From: Macrostomum hystrix
Lineage: Eukaryota; Animalia; Platyhelminthes
Direction: 5' to 3'
Assembly: GCA_950097015.1 (NCBI GenBank)
Contig: CATNEN010000001.1
Coordinates: 2,294,001 to 2,358,000, forward strand
Length of the DNA stretch: 64,000 bases
The notes below the pieces were generated by a model. That model had not been told where the DNA came from and made no database searches. It saw only the letters and a program-made list of their open reading frames with translations. Below are positions 49,679-61,803 of this stretch, piece after piece. Every line of letters starts with the position of its first letter. The first letter of the stretch is position 1. The position numbers and the translations under genes were made by a program.

Positions 49679-51956
49679 ATGAAGGCGTCGTTTCGATTGT
49701 TTCTTATAGTTAATTGGCTGGGTAAGTTGATTTAATGAGAGAATTTAATAAGAATATAACGCACAAGTTCGTCACAAATTACAAGCGTATAGACCAATCA
49801 TCGCATCCTTTGATTTGTTGTCATGAAGTGATCTGTAAAGTGGCGTCAAGTCTGGATGTTTCGCCGCGTCGATACCGAACGAATACTGGCGGAGCCATTG
49901 CGCTGAACGATTCCATCAGCAGCGAATTGTCAACACTGACGCATGTGGCCTGGACCGCAGAGTGCTTTCTGACCTGTCAACAGAGGGGATGTGCCATCGT
50001 CAACATTCAGGAGCAAGACAGTCGATGCGAGCTGGTCTTTATCAACAACTGCTCAAAGTCTCCCGGACCATTGGGAAGCCATGTGACTCGGAATATTGGA
50101 GTCGCTGGGGTCACGTGGATCGCAGAGGACCTTGACGAGATTCTACAGAGCAGGCGACAGGCGAATGGAACTACCCTGATACTGAGTGAGTGTTCACTTT
50201 TTCATATCAAGGAGGCAATTCTGCCCATTCGCTGACTCCCGAGCACACACGCGCACTGATACTGTACACAGGCATACGATCACATATTAGTGAAGTACAT
50301 CTGCCTAGGCTTTCTCATCGTCAGGCAGTGTGGAAGTTGGCCCTCAAGGATTTAAATAGCACGACAAGCCCCGAGCCTTCTCTCCACGGCTGCACCCCAA
50401 TTTAATATGGCCTTGCCGGTGCGAGAGGCAAACGCGTTTGACCGCTGTCACTCACCCTCCTAAAAATAGTATTTATAGCTGAAATTTAAGGTTAAGTTTT
50501 TAATTTCTTTAATTTTATCAGACTCGGCTACCGGTAGAAATGGCTCTGTCCAGCGGCTGCTAATTAATGTCACTGGCTGCTATCGTATCGAAGCTTTCGG
50601 TGCCGCCGGCGGATCCAATAACCTCACCAACACAGTTGGTGGCAAAGGCGCTTTTGCAGCTGGCAGCTTCCATCTTGCTGGCGGCGTTGAACTATCGATC
50701 GTTGTCGGTCAGGCTGGCGGACCGGGCTCGAGCCAATTAACTGGCGCCGGCGGCGGCGGTGGCAGTTTTGTGTACCAGAACTGGTCGCGATTGATCCTGG
50801 CTGCTGGCGGCGGCGGTGGTGCATCATCAAAATCAGATGGTTTGCAAATTAATTCGCCTAGAATCAATAACATGTATAGGCAACGCGTAGCAGTTAAACT
50901 AGCTGTTCTCAACGTTTTTTGTGGGTTAAATAAGGATTCACTGGTTTAATATTACTATTAAGTTACGAGCTTAATAGTCGAAAGAATACTCGTACAATCA
51001 ATCTGAGCTCGTTTTGGGGGAGCTCTTAAACATATTGTTGACTTCGCTTAGCTGGCTAGAAATATTTTTTCCCAAACTTGGTAATTGAATAATATGCTGT
51101 CGCTTGTGATGATTAGTATATTAAAACAGTCACGATTTTGCATCTCACAATTTAGTGGGCAATAAATTTAACTACTCTATCATGGCCTAATCATTGCATT
51201 ACGATTATTGCGTACCGCTCACAGTTATCTTCAAAGATTGGCCATAAAATTAGTTCTAGTGTTTGATATAAACACAAGAGAACTGTGATTCGGGGACTCG
51301 TTTAGGCCATAGAATCATCCACGAGTCGCGGCGATCAATAATCAAGGCAAAGACATACTACGAGTATCTATACCATTAAGGTTCAACTCAAACAAAGTGA
51401 CGAGCGTCTATGGGGCAAAGGTAACTAGTCTAATATACTAAATAAATATTCAGGCGTGCCAGGCCAAGGTGGACCTAACGGAGCCGATTCCAGTGGGAGT
51501 GTCGGGTCGAACATCGGTTTTGGCGGAATAAATGGTCAGCCAGGATACAGCGATCTGGCAGAGGCGGGTAGCAGCTACATCGGCGGCTGCGGGGCCGGCT
51601 GGCTGCGCGCTCCTGACAACTCGAAACGTACTGCCGAAGATGGCGAAGCTGGCGGTGGATATGCTGACGGCTGGCTGGGAGGCGTCGCTGGTGATGGAAG
51701 CTCCGGCGACGGCGGCTTCGGTGGCGGTGGTGGTGCCGCTGGCGATGGTGGCATCAATACCAAGAAGGGCTCGGCCGGTGCCGCTGGCGGCTTCAGCGGC
51801 GGAGGTGCCGGAGTCGGCTTCGCCCACTCTGGCGGTGGCGGTGGCTCTGTGTGCGGAGAAGGTAGCGTTGATTGCGTCACCACTGCCGGTGGCAACCTGA
51901 ACTCGCTGCAGGGCCGAGTGTTCGTGCGGCTGCTTCGCCCGAGTGTCAGTTGCTGA
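49679..51956 (+). CDS. Secreted protein: signal peptide + PAN/apple-like Cys module + ALK/LTK-type glycine-rich domain; exons 49679-49721, 49829-50185, 50522-50839, 51454-51956
   Basis: The spliced N-terminus MKASFRLFLIVNWLVICKVASS looks like a signal peptide. ECFLTCQQRGCAIVN...CEL fits a PAN-like pattern. QRLLINVTGCYRIEAFGAAGG..GGKGAFAAGSFHL..LSIVVGQAGG..GAGGGGGSFV..LILAAGGGGGA and [24 protein letters not shown] match the ALK/LTK Gly-rich domain pattern. All introns are phase 1, GT-AG. Confidence 0.82.
50208..50460 (-). mobile_element. SINE family A copy (diverged) in an intron of the secreted GRD gene
   Basis: ggaggcaattctgcccatt...gtgcgagaggcaaacgcgtttgaccgctgtcactcaccc. Confidence 0.8.
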
Positions 51957-53229
51957 GGAATTAAGCAAAAATGCTTGGACTTGACAACAACTACTGGATG
52001 TTGAATTCGCGTTTCCACTATTCAGTTCAAAGAACTGTTGGCTAATTTAACGTTTCTAAATAGCGAGAATTTCCTTGGATAAAATTCGATAAAAGATAGT
52101 TACTTTATTATGCAGTCGATTGAAAATTGAAAATCGATCTCAATCTCCGTTGGAAAGTAAATTCATGAAAAATTTGTAGAAATCAAAAATAGAAATAAAA
52201 TATATCAGAATCGATTTCAATCTGCGGGCGAAATTCCTCGTCCATTTTTTGCTGGAACGCCCGTTTGCCATTTATTTAAGAGTGTATCAAACAGCATTTC
52301 GCAATGCTGCTAGTATCTGACCCTGACTGAATCATCATCTCTTAGCGGGTGTAATTAGCGGATTCCGGAGCAGTTATGAAACAAAATCTAGAATTCTTGC
52401 CGAAGATGTAGCTGTATTTAAGCAGTTCTCAAATCTCAAGGTCTTAATTCAGAGGGTTAATCTCATTTTACAGATTTCTACAGGGATATGAATTCGCTCA
52501 TTTTGTGGGTGTAGCATTAAAGCCTAAATCTTCATGGATTAAGCCATCCTCAAAGCAGGTTAACGATCGAGTCTTTCAAGAAGGAGATGGATTTGACGAA
52601 TGACGACAAAAGAAAGCTGCTTAGATCTGATTGAACACTTTCATAATTAGGATTCATGCTATGTAAGATGTGCAGCTACAGGAATCTGCATTGGAGTGTA
52701 GACTAAAAAGCATTTTAACCTAAAAAATTTTACACTAAGAGCATTAAGACGTATAATTCGGAGGTTAAACGATAAAAACTACTCAATATGGACATGGATA
52801 TTGGGTAACACGACATAAAGATAGGATTTATTTTTTTATTGAAAATATAATTTTTATTATTTTTTTCTAAACTCTATGGATAGCTATAAGCCCTAGAATA
52901 GTAAGTTTGATTTCTTGGACTTTAGCTATGCAAATTTGTTTTAAATAAAATCAATACGATTGTACGATGACCTTATTGCACGGCGGGCAGTAAGTCTTGC
53001 CCGCAAATGGCCATACATGAATTAATGCTCGGTAATTTTTTCCCTCAAAAAGGCCTCGACCAATAGGAATGGCTTACTGAGGCAGAAATGTCTATGGCAC
53101 AATAGTATATTACTACCAATGCTTTATGGGTGTTAATATACTATTCAATACTTGGTTTTGAGTGCCATAGACATTTAAGCAAAAAAACGAGCATTAGGTA
53201 TGGTATTGTACTTACGATATCTGTCGTAG

Positions 53230-54392
53230 AGATAGCTTTTTGCAGACCATTTGATCCTTCGAGCATTCGATTTAATCCACAGTGGCAAAATCCAAGCGTT
53301 TCAGGCCGATTTTCAAGTTGCCTATGGCCAAAAGTATGACAATAGAGCAATCGATTTGATCTTTCGGACACGCATTTGGGCCTCTCTCCTTTGTTTGGTT
53401 GTTAATGTTTGCCCTAGAACACAGACTAGACAGTTATCATCAGACAGACGTCAGAGAGCGAAGCAGCTAACACTATGTTCGACGAAGAAAGTGAGGACAG
53501 CTTTGATTCCATCGACGAAGTTGACGAGCCCGCGGAACGAGGGCCATATGCCAAGATAAGCGACGAGATGTACGAGCTGATAGTGAGCGCAGTCAAAGGG
53601 GTCAGCGAGTCCGGCGCGTGCTTCACACACAACGAGGAGTGCAGGTCCTGCAGGCCATTGCACCGGACCTCGGCCTTGTCCACCACAGGATCGTCTGCCA
53701 GACCCTGACCGCGAACTTGTTCCAGGCATTCGTTGAAGAGCTGCTCCAAGCAGTTAGCAATCGCGATGAAGCCAACAATGCCGACCAGTTCTGCACCATC
53801 ATGGATGGCGCACCATTCCACAACGGAGTGCGGATTCACGAGCAATTCGCGGCTAGCTGGTGCGTCGTGGTGCTGCCTCCGTACTCGCCGTTCCTTAATC
53901 CGGTAGAGAGCGCGCACTCGTGCCTGAAGGCGGTGATCAAGCGAAAGCTCTCCCAGCCACAAGCGCAGCTGGAAATGGACAACTCGGCTCCAGAGACCAC
54001 GCTACGCGAGTGGCGTATCCTCGTGCTGCACAGGATCGCAGAACAAGCGTCAGTGGGCATCACAGCGGTTAAGTGCGGAGGCTGGTTCCGGCATATGCTG
54101 CGCTACCTGCCTCGCTGCGTTGCGGGGGAGGTGATTTTTTGACACTTTTTGATGTTTCGCTTTGAAAAAGCGACAAAGCCAAAGGCACAGTTCCGTTTCT
54201 GTTTATATACCGTACACAGTGGCATATTAAATCTATGGGGCGGGACTAAATGCGTCTCCGAAGGATCAAATCGATTGTTCTATGGTCATACTTTTGGCCA
54301 TAGACAACTTGAAAATCGGCCTGAAACGCTTGGATTTTGCCACTGTTGATTAAATTAAATGCTCGAAGGGTCAACTTTTCTGCAAAAACCTA
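53230..54392 (+). mobile_element. Internally deleted Tc1/IS630-like DNA transposon with ~150-bp inverted repeats and a partial DDE transposase (53475-54142)
   Basis: 53235-53377 is the reverse complement of 54249-54392. The ORF contains IMDGAPFH...LPPYSPFLNPVESAHSCLKAVIKR (DDE_3-type). The N-terminal piece is in another frame, and the first catalytic Asp region is missing. Confidence 0.85.
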
Positions 54393-54705
54393 TATTTGTC
54401 TTCTATAGACTATAGACAATTATCTACTAAAAGCTAGCATTAAACAACTCGGCCACTTTTTCGTTTCAATGCACGCTTCGTTGCTCTAAATTCCGGTAAA
54501 ACATTTTAAATATATATTAGTGTGTTATACAATTGCGTGTTATGCTTCGGGCTTATAAATAAATCCGAAGGACTAATCAACAGTCGCAGAATGGGAGAAT
54601 GATTTCAGTTACTTTCTCTTTCAATTTGTCGGCTTTCTCAAGTCTATTTCATGAGTACTTTTCATGCTTCCGATGTTCTTTGATATGCGACGCGGCTCAA
54701 AATAT

Positions 54706-57700
54706 TCATCCAGCGGTACTTCTGATGCTTGCCTGACCAACATCCCGCTCAGTTTGGGTTGGACCCACCGCATCACAGCTCGCAGTGACACTAGCTGCGC
54801 CCGCAGTCCTCGACATCATCCCGATGGCGGTGACGTCTGCGACGCGAGAACCACGATTCCGCACTAGAATGAAAATCTGTAAATCAAGCAATTTGGTAAT
54901 TGCTAGCTTTTTGAAGAATTTGTGACTTTAGAAGTAATTTTATACAGGAAGAAAGTTTTTACAAGTTTTTAAACCTCCTAAAGGCAATTCCGTACAGGAT
55001 GGGTTAAGTTCCGTACTTAAAAAGGCACTTATAGTTTCCATAGACAAATGGGGCACGTGGCAGAGCGGTCTAAAATGCGTCTGGACTTCTCGCCAAGGTC
55101 CCTGAGCTCGATTCCGCGACGAGGCCACATTAATTTGGCTAGATATTCATTAGCAAACGAGAATTATGTGTCAGGTCATAGCTTGTCACTAAAATATCAA
55201 ATGGATAAATACCTTTGGCCCAAAGACCAGCAGAACCGTAGTGGTGGCGCAGACAATAACGCAGCAGCTGAGCAGCAGGTGACGCATATCAACAGAGCTA
55301 GCAGGCAGAGCAAAGTCCAGTACGACGCCAATTAGTCCCATCACGGTGGTGTTGTAGACGCAGACGCCGATTGTTTTGGAATCGTTGAGAGCCTCCACGT
55401 GAACCGTGCGCGTCTCCCAGGCGAAGAAGATGGCGAACAAGAGAAATATGGCTGCAATTTGAGGAATTCATGTTTGATTATTGATTCATTTTGCGATGCT
55501 CAAGTAGCGTATACAATAACACACCTTTTAGTCCGATGACAATGCCCTTCCACAACCACTGGTTCGATGACTGGCAGACCAGCAGGGTTGTCACTGTCAG
55601 CGTTCCATCCTTAACGGCCTCCTAAAAATTGTATCAAATCTTGTTAGGTATAATTAGGATCTGAGCAGCTGAACGGAAACTGAAGTCCTGAGCGCTGATC
55701 CACCGATTTAAAATACTTAATGCCCATACCTGACCATTCAACTGGTTGACGACCAGTTTAAGCGGGTCAGCCAGACCCCAGGCTGTCAGCACCACGGCGT
55801 CCAATAGTAGGATTAGTAGGATAACAGCGAACAGATGCCAATCTTTGATGGACTTTAAGATGCAGATCAAATGAGTCATGATTATTTTATACAGCCAAGT
55901 TCCGAGCTATGCTTACGGTAAGGACTTACCAGCTTTCTCATCTGCTTGTTCGTGAATATTTTGTGCACCCGCCAGGTTTTAGCCAGCATTCCGCCGAATG
56001 CGCACGAGTAGCCAACAATGAGACAGACTAGTTGTGTCCAGCAGAGACTCAGCTGACTAGGTCCTAGAGGTCCCGCATTCAGGGTCATTGTCAGACAGGC
56101 CACGTAGCATAATCCGCAGCCGAGACCAATGACCGAGTTCACGTAGGGACTGCTCAAACGGATTATTGTGGCAGCTCTGTAGCGCAAGTTGACAGCCACA
56201 GAGATCAGAACTAGGCCGATACCGAATGCGGATGAGCCGCCAGTGACGCCAGCCACGATTGTTCCAATCGTGCGCGACTGGGAAACTATTCGTGGCGAGT
56301 CCACTGGAGGCGCGCCGCCTATCAGAGCGATAGTGGAAAAAACGATTAGACGAGTTTTTTTGTTGTAGTGTGTCGCTGTGTTTAATGGCCTTTTTATTGC
56401 AAGTTTTTGTGACTCGATGTGATGCTCAGCCGAGTTATACCAAGTTATATAGAGTCCTAACTTGGAGGGAGCGTATCATGGAGTGAGGTGGGTGTTGGGG
56501 TTTTTGTTTGGTGTCTTGGCTTGAGGTGGGTGTTGTGGAGCGAAATTAATGTCACGATGTGAGGTGCGTGCCGTGGTGTGAGGTGGGTGCCGTGGTATGA
56601 GGTGGGTGCCGTGGTGTGAGGTGGGTGCCGTGGTATGAGGTGGGTGCCGTGGTGTGAGGTGGGTGCCGTGGTGTGAGGTGGGTGCCGTGGTGTGAGGTGG
56701 GTGTCGTAGAGCGAGGCAGCGTATTTGTCTCATGAAGATGCGTTTAAGGGTCAGAGGAATGGGCAGAAGCTTTCTCTCACTGTTTCCTGCTCCCTCCTCT
56801 TCCTCTATTATTTGAGGTGTTATCCTAAAGTTCGTTTTCCACTCGAAGTCTGTGAGTGGCTTAGAAGTGTTTGAACTGATAAATAAAGTTGCTTTAAAGT
56901 GTCATGACAAACCTGCAAACCAAATTGGCTTGGTCCACACAATTTCACCCGAAGTCGGTTCATGCGTTCCAACGAGGTTTCTGGTTAGACCTGCGAATTG
57001 TGACGTGAGACTGTTTAGATTGATCAACTCTAATGTTTTTTTCAGTGCTCGTGTCGAGAGCAACGTTTTGACGAATCGAAAACAGTTTTTTAGCACGTTT
57101 CAAATTTTCGAGCTAATGATTAACTTCCATATTTGTCAGTGAATCTTGAGCACAAAAGCGTCAAACAAAAATGAGATGAGGCGTGCAAAAATGTATCAAA
57201 GGCATAATTGAACCGAATATGAATGAAACATAAATCAATTAGCTCGTATATCCCACTGGTGTCAGGGGCTTATTACTTACTTTTAGTTATTCCAGTAACA
57301 ACCCGAGTTATGTAGATCTACAGGTCCGAATACTTTACTAGACTCAAACAAAACCTTTAAATTAAGAAGAAATCTACCTATTGAGTTGTACAGATTCCGA
57401 GGATAATTGTTGCAGTGGCAAGCAATAAGCCCATTATCGCAAATAAGTTCTGGATCGATAAAGATAGAACGCTGGGTATATTCAAGCAAGTCAAGCAGAG
57501 TGTATGTGGCCTGAAAGAAGCAGCGATTGCGAGTTGAACGATCGTTAGCAGTGGAACACGAGGGGTTATCTAGAAGATATCAAGAACAGAAGAAACTAAA
57601 GCACACAGACATGAACGCCACTAAACACGAATAATTGCTTTTTTGAAACCCACCAGGGGATTTTGATTCGGTCTAAATAGAGCAGAAGAGCTTTTATTTC

Positions 57701-60700
57701 CCTGCAGAGAAGAATCGCCCCAATAAACTCAAAGGATGTTCGCCTCAAAAGACGACCTAATCACACCAAAATACGTCCATCTCACCCTAAAAGATGTCTA
57801 TCCCTAAAACACGTCTCACCCCAGAGATGTCCGCCTCCTTCCAAAGACGTCTGCCTCTACCGCATTGAGGTCCAACCCACCCCAAAGGTGTCCACCTCAC
57901 TCAAGTAATGTCCAACTCTTTCCACATATGTCCACCTCATCCAAAAGACGTCCATCTCACCTCAAAGACGTGTAAATTACCTCAAAAGACATCCACCTCA
58001 CCCAACGGCGCTCAGAATAAAGACAACACATCCGCTTCGTTGCATCGAGACCATTGCGTACGTCAAGATTTATATTCTGGTATTTCCTGATCAGATGACT
58101 TACCTCGAATCTGGTAGATGTAGATCATCGATGACCTGTCGCCACGAGAATCGAATTTCACTCGGCCCTGAAAATTGTTGTCGACCAAGTCGTTAGCAAT
58201 CTCTAGTGCAGAGGTGTTTGTTTCAGACAAAAATCAATTATGCCCTTATACAAAAGTGGGTGAACTTCGAAAATGTTAACAAGCTAAAAAATACAAACCG
58301 ATAGACCGGGAAAGTTTAACGAAATGATGTTATCAAACAGCATTCTCTTGAAAGAGCTGTTGACTAGCTGCTTAGCTTCGGTGTACTTCTCGCCAGCCGC
58401 CAAAGTCGCGTTGATTCCCAGTGCAGCCGTCATGACAGCGTCAAACCGCAGATCGAATCCAATAATGCTAGTTGGTATCGGATTCAATGCTCGATCTTTG
58501 TATTGGGCTACGAAATCAGCGAAGCTGGCCTGTCGAGTCTAACGATGAAGTTGGAGGGTTGAAAGTTGTGAGTATCTGAGTCGGCATCAGTGGCCCACAA
58601 ATACAATTTATCTGAAGCGGAGTTTCTAGTTGGTTCAATGCGAAATTTGCAAGAAGTTTTCGAAGAACATTGAGAACATTGAGACCATTGAGAAAGTTTA
58701 GGAACGAATATTAGGGGCGGAGAAAAGGCTTTCAAATTTTCCACTCTATTGATCATTAAATAACTTCCAGAATCACAAAACTTCGGCATTGTCAAGATAT
58801 TCAACGATTCTCGTCGCAGTTTCTGGTGGCAAGAAGAACAGATGTAGGTCTATTTTTTCTGCTCACAAAATTTCATCTTGAAACCATGTCGGGTATCATA
58901 TTTAACTATTTAGGATTTATAAAAATGTTTATCTTTAATTTTTTACAAATATGGATTCGGCTTTGAAAGTTAGTTCATCGTAAAAGGCGGAAATTTTCTG
59001 TCCATATGATGGTCGACTTTCACGAAAATCGGCCATTCGTTTTGGGAGCTAACAATCACAGACTAGGTTTTCCGATGATATTGAGAAGGGTCAATGACCC
59101 CCACCAAAATAGGCCAGGTTAATTACCCGGCCAGCAATGTCAGCCAGAGAAGTCGCGGACGGATCGTTGACTTCGCTGTCGAACTCCAACGAGCCCTCCA
59201 TCGCCACAGCCCGCTGAGCGTCCGGGCAGGCCTCCTCGAAGCCAAGCTGATTGGTGTATGGAAAACCCACCTGAATCCACTGGTACTTCGGACCATAAGC
59301 TCCCAGCTGCTTCACCTGCAACATCGCCGGCAATGTCGAGACTGTTTAGTTTTCTTCGTCCTCGAGACTAGTTTTATTTGACTGGTTGCTGATTGGCTTA
59401 CCAAACAGTCGAACCTCTTTTCTGGCGACTCTTCGGCCCTGCTGCGGACGACTACGAAAATCCTGATGTCATTTTTCTGAGTTAGAAATTCAACTTATAT
59501 TCTATAGACATTTAATATCGGATATATTGGTTTTAAAGAATTGATCCTCTTAGCTGTTATCTGAGTTCGTTGAGTAGGAAAATTCAGATTTATTGTGTGC
59601 ACCTTACGTCCCGAGTCTCATCCCTCCCGTGTCTCATCTCTCCCGTGTCTTATCTCTCCCGTTTCTCATCTCTCCCGTTTCTCATATCTCACGTGTCTCA
59701 TCTCTCCCGTGTCTCACCTCTCCCGTGTCTCATCTCTCCCGTTTCTCATCTCTCCCGTGTCTCATATCTCACGTGTCTCATCTCTCCCGTGTCTCATCTC
59801 TTCTGTGTCTCAGCTCTTCCGTGATTCATCTCTCCCGTGTCTCATCTCTCCCATGTTTTATCTCTCCTGTGTCTCATCTCTCACGTGTCTCATCTCTCCC
59901 GTGTTTCATCTCTCCCGTGATTCATCTCTCCCGTGTCTCATCTCTCCCGTGCTTCATCTCTCCCGTGGTTCATCTCTCCCGTGTCTCATCTCTCCCGTGT
60001 TTCATCTCTCCCGTGTCTCATCTCTTCTGTGTCTCAGCTCTTCCGTGGTTCATCTCTCCCGTGTCTGATCTCTCACGTGTCTCATCTCTCCCGTGTTTCA
60101 TCTCTCCCGTGTCTTATCTCTCCCGTGTCTCATCTCTTCCGTGTCTTATCTCTCCCGTGTCTCATCTCTTCCGTGTCTCATCTCTCCCCTATCTTATCTC
60201 TCCCGTGTCTCTTACAAGCAGAAATGTACTGTACCAGCAGTCTAGCGATGGCATCGGTGGCGTCCATGCTATAGATAGTCTTCTGATAGGAAGTGACATT
60301 CTGAGCCCGCAGCATGGCTTCTAGTTCTAGTGTTACCTATAAATGTTTTATATAAACTGTGCCTGATTTGCAACCAAGTTAGAATTTTGTAATCAAATTA
60401 AATTAAAAAAAAGAATTGACACGTGATTTCCAAGGGTCTGTTTCAATCAGAAAATTTGATTAACTCTCTCACCGGGTAGAATACTGGCGAGTCCGATGTG
60501 ATTAGGCCAATTTTTTTCCAATTATACATTTTCAGCAGAGCGATAACTGTTGGAATGAAGAGACTGTTAGTAATTGCCATGCGAATGAAATATGGATAAG
60601 TTGCCTTGTCACTCAGCACTGGGGAGGTGTTCGAATAGCCAATCTAAAAAGGTAGGTTGGCCGCAAGTTGCAGTACACCTTTGTTGACTTCAGCTGTCAA

Positions 60701-61213
60701 CTAGTTTTGCCTGCTTAAGAGTTAATTGAATTGACCATATTGGAGAACTGCAGAAGAGGCAGTCAAATATTACTCACCTGTGGCAGATAATAATACTGAG
60801 CCAGTTCTGCAACCACCTGTGACTGTTGAGAATAAGTTGCTCCAATCAACAGCGCCTTGTTACTACCGGATAAATATCCATCAATGAATTCTTTGTTTGC
60901 GCTACCAATCTTTTGCTGAAATGATTTTTCAACAAGAAACCGGTGTTCGAAAGGAAAGGAAAACTTTTTTATTCAGTTATCAAAATCTACTCACTCCGTC
61001 GGCAAAATGGAACTGCGGCCGGAGTCGCATTGTTGGAAAAAGGTCAACCCGACTGTTAATGTAGCCGATCGAGTAGTTAAGAAAAAAAACATCGTTGAAA
61101 AATACTGGAGAATTTGTGCCCAGGAGTAGAACGTGGACGTCCTGTCGATCGTCTTGTTGAACAGTTTGGTTGCCAAGGAGACAGAGCAGTAGAATCCATA
61201 GAATGGAATGCAT
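54706..61213 (-). CDS. GABA-B-receptor-like class C GPCR (signal peptide, Venus flytrap, 7TM, no cysteine-rich domain); about 14 exons
   Basis: Signal MHSILWILLLCLLG; IGYSNTSPVLSDKATYPYFIRM; GAYGPKYQWI; FPGLS|GRVKFDSRGDR; WFAG|GAPPVDS; IIRLSSPYVN; FGGMLAKTWRVHKIF; DPL; FFAWETRTVHVEALNDSKTIGVCVYN; VFGPK. Stop at 54706. Some internal exon boundaries were not fully resolved. Confidence 0.9.
55050..55140 (+). mobile_element. SINE family A head fragment
   Basis: ggggcacgtggcagagcggtc...gagctcgattccgcgacgaggccacatt. Confidence 0.8.
56555..56705. repeat. G-rich minisatellite, 19-bp unit
   Basis: Tandem aggtgggtgccgtggtgtg. Confidence 0.9.
59625..60212. repeat. Minisatellite, 16-bp unit, abutting a GPCR exon donor
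   Basis: Tandem tctcatctctcccgtg. Confidence 0.95.
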
Positions 61214-61803
61214 TTTAGATTTGTTTGGTTTAACGTCATAAATAATTATTCCCTTTTACGGAGCAGACACATTTTATCTGGATCAGCGCTTAATGAAAGT
61301 TTCCCATCTGATTGGGTAAAATTTGTGAATCCAATCAGCGAAGGTCTCAATGACTTTTAGATGTTGCTAAGTGCCGCCGGCAGACAGACAGACAGACAGA
61401 AGTGCAAGACAGGCAGATGGACAGACAAAAAAAAGACACACTGAAAGACAGACAGACTGTTTTTCGTCATAATTTTTTATGTCCTTTTCTTCACGATAAA
61501 TTAAGCTTTCGCATTTTTAAGACCTTTTTAACGTTACGTGTTCAAGAAGGCAGCTAAACTAAAAAAGATAAGGTCACATAAAAAATATTTTAGAAAAAGC
61601 GAATGCCAGTGAAATTTAAAATCACAGCCAAAAAGATTACACACTCCTACTTCTATTAAAGCTCGGCAAAGTACGAGTAACATTTTCTTAATCACAAAGT
61701 GAAAAAAGGCAGCTCACGAAGAGCTGCTGAACCACCTGAAGATTGCGTACTTAAATTTAAACGGATATTTTCCTAATTCAATTGCAGCGCTTAATAAAAT
61801 ACG
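61214..61803. promoter_or_regulatory. Putative bidirectional promoter between the head-to-head GPCR and MFSD4-like genes
   Basis: The ATGs are 590 bp apart and divergent. Inverted CCAAT boxes: ctgattgg (61308-61315) and ccaatcag (61331-61338). Confidence 0.4.

Noticed and set aside
51450-52018. Antisense Pro-rich and Ala-rich ORFs over the GRD exon (similarly 20689-20943 over DYNC1LI)
   Set aside because: These are shadow ORFs of Gly-rich, GC-rich sense codons.
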